Below, in pieces: positions 57,054 to 64,000 of a DNA stretch of 64,000 bases. Position 1 is the stretch's first letter. Each line of letters starts with the position of its first letter. The notes below the pieces were generated by a model, which had not been told where the DNA came from, made no database searches, and worked only from the letters and a program-made list of their open reading frames with translations. A program made the translations under genes and the position numbers. The DNA is from a virus (Duplodnaviria > Caudoviricetes): positions 256,001 through 320,000 of IMG/VR virus record IMGVR_UViG_3300032254_000001; one strand, 5' to 3'.

Positions 57054-57873
57054 AGAAGACCGCGGCTATTTGATTTGGGCCATCGGTGATGACTATATTG
57101 ATTGTGCCATTGCATGTGCAAGAAGTATTAAACTACATACACCAAGTGCTAAAATATGTTTATTAACAGATGAAGCAGGATCACTTTCAGTCTACGGACA
57201 CGATGGTAATCATTGGGTATTCGAACATATTGTAAAGTTTCCGTTTCCAGTTAACTACGATAATATATTAGCTAATGACTGGCAAGTGTTTTTCGCTACA
57301 CCGTTTAAAGAAACAATAAAAATTGAAGCCGACATGATTGTGCCACATAGTATCGAACACTGGTGGACAATGTTAAGACATAAGGATGTTGTGTTAACAA
57401 CAGGCGCTCGTAACTACATGAACGAAAAAACCGACGAGCGATTCTATAGACAAATATTTGACGAAAACAATTTACCTGATGTCTACAATGCAATTACATA
57501 CTGGCACGAAAGTGATTTAGCTAATGATTTTGGATCGCTTGTGAAGTACCTGTTTAACAGATGGGATATTGCACAGGCTAGACTTAAACTAGGACTAACT
57601 GATCCTGGCACCACAGATGTAGTGTATGCAGTAGCCGCAGTGATACTTGGGGTTGAGAACGTTACATTACCAAATACAAGTTACCCTACGTTAATACACA
57701 TGAAGGGTAGAATAAATTGGTTAGTTGGAGAAGATTGGACTAAAGAAATGGTATGGGAACTAGATGAGAGTAACATACGCATCAATACAATCGACCAGCA
57801 ATATCCATTTCATTATTATACAAAGGAATTTAGTAAGGTACTAAATGAACATTATGACAATATTTTTGGGTGA
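57043..57873 (+). CDS. GT-A fold glycosyltransferase-like protein (paralog)
   Basis: TPFKETIKIEAD, TDVVYAVA, QQYPFHY. Confidence 0.7.
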   Translation: MQSKEDRGYLIWAIGDDYIDCAIACARSIKLHTPSAKICLLTDEAGSLSVYGHDGNHWVFEHIVKFPFPVNYDNILANDWQVFFATPFKETIKIEADMIVPHSIEHWWTMLRHKDVVLTTGARNYMNEKTDERFYRQIFDENNLPDVYNAITYWHESDLANDFGSLVKYLFNRWDIAQARLKLGLTDPGTTDVVYAVAAVILGVENVTLPNTSYPTLIHMKGRINWLVGEDWTKEMVWELDESNIRINTIDQQYPFHYYTKEFSKVLNEHYDNIFG

Positions 57874-58199
57874 AGCAAATGACTAATTTCTTTGAATCAT
57901 TGGAATTACTTGAAGAACAACCTAAGCAAAAGATCGAGTTTAGGTTGTACTACGATCCAAAGACAAACGAACCGTTGTTTTACACAATGGAAGATGAGCC
58001 CGGGGATTATATTTCAATTACCCCGGAAGAGTTTTCAGAAATGCGACTTGACGTATTTGTTAAGGATGGCAAAATTGAAAAGAAACGTGCAATTTCAATA
58101 GGTAAACTGGTACCTTCTGATGAAGGTTACCGAACAACAAAAAACGATATATCAATTATCGGCAACGAACAGTACTGGGATTTAAAAACATATGAGTAA
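57870..58199 (+). CDS. Hypothetical protein
   Basis: Packed in the operon. Confidence 0.65.
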   Translation: MKQMTNFFESLELLEEQPKQKIEFRLYYDPKTNEPLFYTMEDEPGDYISITPEEFSEMRLDVFVKDGKIEKKRAISIGKLVPSDEGYRTTKNDISIIGNEQYWDLKTYE

Positions 58200-59118
58200 T
58201 CAAATAGACATAGCAGATTTAGATGTAATTTTTCTTAGTTACGATGAACCACAAAAAGAAGAGTTCTGGGTTAAGATTAAAAACATGGTGCCGTGGGCCG
58301 TCAGGGTAGACGGTGTTAAAGGTAGCGATGCGGCACACAAAGCCGCAGCTGATGCAAGTGAAACAGATCGCTTTGTATTAATAGATGGCGACAACATGCC
58401 GGACTTAGACTTCTTTAATCTAACACTTGACCTTAAAGACAACGAGTACGAAAATGCAGTTTTCCGTTGGAGAGCACGTAACCACATCAATGGATTAATG
58501 TACGGCAACGGTGGATTAAGTTGTTGGACAAAAGAGTTTGTGTACAATATGAAAACACACGAAGCAAGTGAGGGCAATGACGACACGGATGTAGAGTTTT
58601 GTTTTGATCCAATGTATTGGGCTATGCATGACTGCTACAGTACAACATATCCAAATGGTAGCAAGTTCCATGCATGGCGCGCTGGGTTCAGAGAAGGTGT
58701 AAAGATGTGCTTAGACCGAGGCAAGAAGCCTACTATCGGAGAGTTCAAAGATAGTGTACACAAGCGCAACATGGATAATTTAAGTATCTGGCACAACATA
58801 GGCAGCGATGCAGAATTTGGATGCTGGGCAATACTTGGTGCGCGTATGGGTACGCAAATGACAATGTTAACTGACTGGGATTATAAAGAAGTACAGAGCT
58901 TTGATAGCTTAGAAAAGATTTATAACACAATGGTACATGATGTTCCGTCGCAAGTGCAAAAAGTTGGACAAGAACTTAAAACTCAACTAGACTTGCCAAT
59001 TATAACTCCTAACGCAGACCACAGCACATTCTTTAAACATCACTATCATGCTAGCTGGCACAACAAAGGTATAATGGTACGTGAGATAGATGTTATACGT
59101 AACCTAGAGGGCTGGTAG
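58192..59118 (+). CDS. Glycosyltransferase-like protein
   Basis: FLSYDEP, GVKGSDAAH, LIDGDN, YGNGG, AWRAGFREGVK. Confidence 0.7.
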   Translation: MSNQIDIADLDVIFLSYDEPQKEEFWVKIKNMVPWAVRVDGVKGSDAAHKAAADASETDRFVLIDGDNMPDLDFFNLTLDLKDNEYENAVFRWRARNHINGLMYGNGGLSCWTKEFVYNMKTHEASEGNDDTDVEFCFDPMYWAMHDCYSTTYPNGSKFHAWRAGFREGVKMCLDRGKKPTIGEFKDSVHKRNMDNLSIWHNIGSDAEFGCWAILGARMGTQMTMLTDWDYKEVQSFDSLEKIYNTMVHDVPSQVQKVGQELKTQLDLPIITPNADHSTFFKHHYHASWHNKGIMVREIDVIRNLEGW

Positions 59119-60155
59119 TGCAAATAGACATAGAAGAATTTGTTTGCAACGATGAGCTTTCAGATGTTGGTCGCTTATCTGCGATCATAATAGAAACTAT
59201 GCGACACCACGGCACTATTACATTGCACACAGAAGAATTAATCTCCGGAGAAGAGATTGGCTTGTTTGATTTGCTAGATAGTCTGTGTAGTTACTACAAC
59301 TGGGATCCAACACAAATACAACTATCGTATCAAAATTATAGAGAATTAGAAAACGAAACTCGCTATACAGTTAAAAGGATTGTCCATTCAGGTGAGCAGA
59401 TATGGCCAGGTACACTCAACGATACTAAGAATGTACTTCAGTTACGTGATTGGAACAAAGAAGAAATGTTCGGTATGTTCACAGGCCGTATGAATTTTAC
59501 AAGACTATATGCACACGATAAACTAAGAAAGTTCAGGTACAAAGACCAGTGCTTGTCAAGTATGAACCAAGCTCCTAGCGACTTTAGAGTTAATCAACGT
59601 GTGCTATTGCAGTACTTAAAAGAGTCTGGCACAAGCTGGGACGAAATAAAAGATATCGAACCGTATAGTGATATTAGCGAAGTGATAACTCCGCCGATAA
59701 CATTAGCCCGTCAGCAGTTCATAGGTTGGGAAGATATATACGAAAAGATTGGAATTGAGATTGTATGCGAAACTGCTGAGTCACAGAACATTGTAGCATT
59801 TACAGAAAAATTAATACGCCCAATGGCGTATAAGCGACCATTTTTATTAATTGGCAGTCCAGGACTAGCACACGAGTTAGCTGATGAGAATTCGTTTATA
59901 ATGCAGAAACTTAAAACATTGCCTATCCCTGTAGGACCAATACGTTTCTTTCAAAATGTAATACCGCTTAATTACGATAACCTAGCAGGGGCTGAGCGAG
60001 TTGATGCTGTATTTGAAATACTCGACGGTCTAATAGAATCAGGTATGATTGATACGATACTTGATGATTGCAAAGACGACATAGAGTGGAACCACAAGAT
60101 TGCATACGATTGGTTAAAGAATGGTTACAACCCTGAGGGATTATTAAATGAGTAA
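59118..60155 (+). CDS. Hypothetical protein (possible glycan-modifying enzyme)
   Basis: GTG start; FTEKLIRPM..KRPF...G motif shared with 26045-26578. Confidence 0.6.
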   Translation: MQIDIEEFVCNDELSDVGRLSAIIIETMRHHGTITLHTEELISGEEIGLFDLLDSLCSYYNWDPTQIQLSYQNYRELENETRYTVKRIVHSGEQIWPGTLNDTKNVLQLRDWNKEEMFGMFTGRMNFTRLYAHDKLRKFRYKDQCLSSMNQAPSDFRVNQRVLLQYLKESGTSWDEIKDIEPYSDISEVITPPITLARQQFIGWEDIYEKIGIEIVCETAESQNIVAFTEKLIRPMAYKRPFLLIGSPGLAHELADENSFIMQKLKTLPIPVGPIRFFQNVIPLNYDNLAGAERVDAVFEILDGLIESGMIDTILDDCKDDIEWNHKIAYDWLKNGYNPEGLLNE

Positions 60156-61548
60156 AGGCGACGAAGTAGATAAAGATTTTAAAAGTAAGTTTCTCTCAGA
60201 CGCAGAAATAATGAAGGAAAAACTAGATGAAGTTAGCCCTTCGATGTGTCTTGCTAAGTGGAAACAAGTGTCATTGCATTTACCAACAGGGTTAAACAAC
60301 TCATGTTACCATCCGCCATTGCATCAAATTAGTATAGAAGATATTAAAAACAATCCTTCTGGCTTACACAACACAGCACAGAAAGCCATTGCACGTCAGC
60401 AAATGATCGACGGTGTTAGACCAGACGAGTGTAGCTATTGCTGGGCAATGGAAGATAACGGAGAACTGAGTGATCGTCACTATCGCAGTGGCGAACCGTG
60501 GGCCGCAAAGGACCTAAGTGCTATTGTTGCGAACCCAGACGCAAACGTCACTCCTTCATATGTTGAAGTGAACTTCAACCATGCGTGTAACTTAGCATGT
60601 TCGTATTGTTCCCCTCAGTTCTCCTCTTCATGGTTGCAGGAGGTTAAGAAGTACGGCGCATACCCTACAACACAACCTCATAACGATCCTGCATATTTTA
60701 CAGGCACTAGACGTCCTATTCCAAACAGAGAAGAGAATCCATACGTAGATGCATTTTGGGAATGGTGGCCTGAGCTGTATAAAGACTTACAACATTTTAG
60801 AATGACTGGCGGTGAACCGCTTATGGATAAGAATACGTACAGGGTATTTGACTATGTACTTGAGCATCCAAAAAGTGATTTGCATTTAAACGTTACAAGT
60901 AACTTGTCTGTAGATCAAAAGCTTTGGGACAAGTACATGGGCTATGTTAAGCAATTAACAACAGGCAAGATAGAACACTTCATGCAGTACGTATCGGTAG
61001 ACACATGGGGCAGACAGGCTGAGTACATACGACACGGATTAGATTTTAATCTATTAATAGAACGTGTAGAACAGTTTTTAACAGAGATACCTAGCTATAG
61101 TAGTGTCACATTTATTATCACAATGAACAATCTGTCTATACATAATTTAAGACAGCTAATGATGTGTATATTGCATTTAAGAAGGAAGTACAGCAAAGAC
61201 TTCCAGCGTGTATGGTTCGATACTCCTGTACTACGCACACCTGAATGGCAAAGTATGCAAGTACTTCCAGATCATTTTGTTAGCAAGTTAGAAGATGCAA
61301 AAGCTTACATGGAAGATAATATAGAAACAGAAGAGTCTCGCTTCCATGGCTTTAAGGATTACGAAATACAACGTATGAGCAGAGACATTGCGTGGATGAA
61401 GCAAGGTACAAACAACGTGGAGCAAAAGAAAGCAGACTTCTATCGCTTCTTTAGCGAAGCAGATAAACGCCATGACACTAACTTCTTAGAAGTATTCCCA
61501 GAGCTTAAAGCTTTTTGGGAGGAATGTCAGTACTATGCTAAACGATAA
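60148..61548 (+). CDS. Radical SAM protein (N-terminal auxiliary-Cys type)
   Basis: CLAKW, SCYH, CSYCW..E; CNLACSYC; GGEP. Confidence 0.88.
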   Translation: MSKGDEVDKDFKSKFLSDAEIMKEKLDEVSPSMCLAKWKQVSLHLPTGLNNSCYHPPLHQISIEDIKNNPSGLHNTAQKAIARQQMIDGVRPDECSYCWAMEDNGELSDRHYRSGEPWAAKDLSAIVANPDANVTPSYVEVNFNHACNLACSYCSPQFSSSWLQEVKKYGAYPTTQPHNDPAYFTGTRRPIPNREENPYVDAFWEWWPELYKDLQHFRMTGGEPLMDKNTYRVFDYVLEHPKSDLHLNVTSNLSVDQKLWDKYMGYVKQLTTGKIEHFMQYVSVDTWGRQAEYIRHGLDFNLLIERVEQFLTEIPSYSSVTFIITMNNLSIHNLRQLMMCILHLRRKYSKDFQRVWFDTPVLRTPEWQSMQVLPDHFVSKLEDAKAYMEDNIETEESRFHGFKDYEIQRMSRDIAWMKQGTNNVEQKKADFYRFFSEADKRHDTNFLEVFPELKAFWEECQYYAKR

Positions 61549-62674
61549 AAACAAACACGCATTCTGTCCAGCGCATTGGGATGATATTCATTATGCTCCG
61601 TCACAAGGTTACTTGTACGGTTGCTGTAAAGCTACGCCTATTCCAATTGAAGACGTAAACGAATTAGATCAGCGTAAACAAAATGCATTAGACGGTGTTA
61701 GGAACCCAAGCTGTAATTACTGCTGGAAGACAGAGGATGCAGGCAATGAAAGCCTACGTCATAACAAGCTAAGGGAGTGGGACGGCACATCAAATTGTCG
61801 TAAATTAACGCTAGTACTTGGTAACCTTTGTAATCTACAATGCACTTACTGTAATGAAAAGTACAGTTCAAAGTGGCAAACAGATAAGAAAAGATTCGGT
61901 GAAATTAAAATGCAGTACGACACTGACATTTATTATGCTGGCAAGACTTGTGTTAACAAAGAGTCGCAAGTGTACATAGACTTCTACAATAAAACAAAGC
62001 CAAAGTCTTTAACAGTGTCAGGCGGTGAGCCACTTATAGGCAACGTGTTTAAAGACATCTTAACAGAGTGCGACTTGTCACAGCTACAAGACATAAGTGT
62101 TTCTACTAACCTAAACTATACAAAGCGTGATACAATTGACAAGCTACTAGAGTTCAAAGATAGCCATAATATAACACTTAATGCCAGTTTGGACACTGTA
62201 GATAGCAATGTGCAAGAGTACTTACGTTTTGGTTTCAATATGGATAGATTTAAAAGTAATCTCTATGATCTATTAGATAACACACCAGTTCGGATAAATT
62301 TCATTACACTTGTTACGGCTCAATCGGTAAAAGGTATTTACAATCTGTGCAAATTCGTGTATCATTTAAAGACAGTATATCCTAATAGGGTTAACTGGTA
62401 CGCATCAACCTGCGTTACACCAGCGACACATACATTCGATATACTAACCGAAACAGAAAGAGCACAAGCTTTGGATGAAGCAAGGAAAGTACAGCAAGAG
62501 ATACAGGACCAGTTAGAGTTAATTAATATTAACAAAGTAATTGCAACATTAGAGAATGCAAAGTACAATGAAGAACTTCGCAACGACCAATCAAATTTCT
62601 TTAAGCAGTTTAATGAAAGGCAAGACATACAAACACCGCAGGAACTAGGATTTTTAATAGATGCTAACAGATAA
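61535..62674 (+). CDS. Radical SAM protein, paralog
   Basis: CPAHW, CCK, CNYCW; CNLQCTYC; GGEP. Confidence 0.88.
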   Translation: MLNDKNKHAFCPAHWDDIHYAPSQGYLYGCCKATPIPIEDVNELDQRKQNALDGVRNPSCNYCWKTEDAGNESLRHNKLREWDGTSNCRKLTLVLGNLCNLQCTYCNEKYSSKWQTDKKRFGEIKMQYDTDIYYAGKTCVNKESQVYIDFYNKTKPKSLTVSGGEPLIGNVFKDILTECDLSQLQDISVSTNLNYTKRDTIDKLLEFKDSHNITLNASLDTVDSNVQEYLRFGFNMDRFKSNLYDLLDNTPVRINFITLVTAQSVKGIYNLCKFVYHLKTVYPNRVNWYASTCVTPATHTFDILTETERAQALDEARKVQQEIQDQLELININKVIATLENAKYNEELRNDQSNFFKQFNERQDIQTPQELGFLIDANR

Positions 62675-63773
62675 GAATAAGCACACATTTTGTCCTGCTA
62701 AATGGCAGGAGGTTGTTTTTCATCCGTCACGGAATCTTGTTTTTGCTTGCTGTAAATCAGAAAACTATGATGGCGGAACACTTGACGAACAAAGAGATAA
62801 TTTACTAAATGGCGTTAAGGATCCAAGCTGTAATTACTGCTGGGACGCAGAAGAAAAAGGCGGTCGTAGTTTAAGGCACGAGAAGCTTGAAAACTGGGAC
62901 GGCACAATAGAATTAAAACTACTTGATATCTTTATAAACAACGTATGTAATCTACAATGTACATACTGTTCTCCGGCTGCAAGTAGTAAGTGGTCAACTG
63001 ACATTGAAAAGAATGGTCAGTACCCTATGTATCCATTGTACAATACAGTCGCAGATAAAATTACTAACGAACAGCTGGTAGAATATATTAACGATTATAG
63101 TCCAGCAAACAAGATTACACTAATTGGCGGCGAGTTACTTATTAACCCGCAAACAAACTTAATCCTTAATAATATTCCAGCTGGTATTCGTATTGAAGTC
63201 CCATCAAATATGTGCTATGACAAGTACGATGTATTAGACAAGCTGTCAGCACTAACAGAAACAAATGATGTTTGGGTTAAGCCGAGTATTGATACCATAA
63301 ATAATAATGTTAAGCAGTACATACGACGCGGCTTCGACCCAGAGCTAGCGCAAACAAATATTCAATACATCTTAGAACATACTAACATAAATTTATGTTT
63401 CATGACATTAATATCACCGTACACTGTATGGGATCTAGTAGAAACGCAACGATACATTCAAGACTTAGAAGCACGTTACCCTAATAGAGTTATATGGAAG
63501 CTTTCGTATTTGCACTCTCCAGAGAACCAGTCTTTTGTTATTCTAACTGATAAAGAAAGAGCTCAAGCAATTGAAGTAACTAAAGCAGCACAGTTAGAAT
63601 CTACAGAGAAAAATAAAAAGCTCGTAGCAGTTGTATTAAATGCTTTAAGCTGTTCAGAATTTAATCCGGCACTACGCCAAGAACAACAAACTTTCTTTAA
63701 GGAATTTAATAGAAGACACAATGTAATAACTCCTAATGAGTTACAATTTATAATAGAGGAAACACCATGTTAG
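62661..63773 (+). CDS. Radical SAM protein, paralog
   Basis: CPAKW, CCK, CNYCW; CNLQCTYC; GGEL. Confidence 0.88.
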   Translation: MLTDKNKHTFCPAKWQEVVFHPSRNLVFACCKSENYDGGTLDEQRDNLLNGVKDPSCNYCWDAEEKGGRSLRHEKLENWDGTIELKLLDIFINNVCNLQCTYCSPAASSKWSTDIEKNGQYPMYPLYNTVADKITNEQLVEYINDYSPANKITLIGGELLINPQTNLILNNIPAGIRIEVPSNMCYDKYDVLDKLSALTETNDVWVKPSIDTINNNVKQYIRRGFDPELAQTNIQYILEHTNINLCFMTLISPYTVWDLVETQRYIQDLEARYPNRVIWKLSYLHSPENQSFVILTDKERAQAIEVTKAAQLESTEKNKKLVAVVLNALSCSEFNPALRQEQQTFFKEFNRRHNVITPNELQFIIEETPC

Positions 63774-64000
63774 ACGATAGAGAAGATACACCAGGCGACT
63801 TAGTACACGACGGCAACGAAGCGCAATGGAGACAGAAGTTTTGTGATGAAACAGGCCATAGTATGGAATGCGTTGGCGAAACCGTAACTGGCATGGCCGA
63901 GATAGCCGCTGCCGCTGCTAATGCAGCAGATGCAGAATTGTACTTAGAGGATATCATTAACCAGATGGGCGTGGAACTGTTTGAAAAGCATCTACGTAAC
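63767..64000 (+). CDS. Partial CDS running off the window end
   Basis: ATG 63767 after GAGGA; open to 64000 (MLDDREDTPGDLVHDG...). Confidence 0.6.
   Translation, partial: MLDDREDTPGDLVHDGNEAQWRQKFCDETGHSMECVGETVTGMAEIAAAAANAADAELYLEDIINQMGVELFEKHLRN

Noticed and set aside
1-64000. Stop-codon reassignment
   Set aside because: Core genes are intact in the standard code, and TAA, TAG and TGA all terminate well-supported genes.
1-64000. tRNA genes, CRISPR arrays, integrase or IS elements
   Set aside because: No cloverleaf, regular repeat-spacer pattern or transposase/integrase motif was recognised by eye; tRNAscan and a CRISPR finder would be needed to exclude them fully.

Overview
A 64-kb segment of an AT-rich, T4-superfamily-like large (jumbo-type) myophage genome, read in the standard genetic code. 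From left to right: (i) 1-8.2 kb, an accessory region of small ORFs under sigma70-type promoters; (ii) 8.3-17 kb, a minus-strand head module (gp23 major capsid, scaffold, gp21 protease, gp20 portal), a GIY-YIG endonuclease and a tape-measure-like gene; (iii) 17-20.3 kb, a baseplate-hub/chaperone pair with a candidate -1 frameshift, a ~700-nt structured non-coding region and a Seg-like endonuclease; (iv) 20.3-30 kb, radical-SAM genes, gp46/gp47 and the gp55 late sigma factor; (v) 30-55.8 kb, a baseplate/tail module including a 4373-aa protein; (vi) 55.9-64 kb, a glycosyltransferase/radical-SAM cluster. The most striking observation is in 1-4.6 kb. Eleven small proteins share a short [VIMT]-W-[DEKN]-[KR]-L tag. 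At least five of them fuse it to isolated fragments of essential phage proteins: two different gp23 segments (one equivalent to the T4 Gol peptide), a gp55 core, a DnaB-type Walker A and a PolB motif A. This could be a decoy/mimic library; the function is inference only. No tRNA, CRISPR array or reverse transcriptase was seen. All calls come from reading motifs by eye; no database searches were run.
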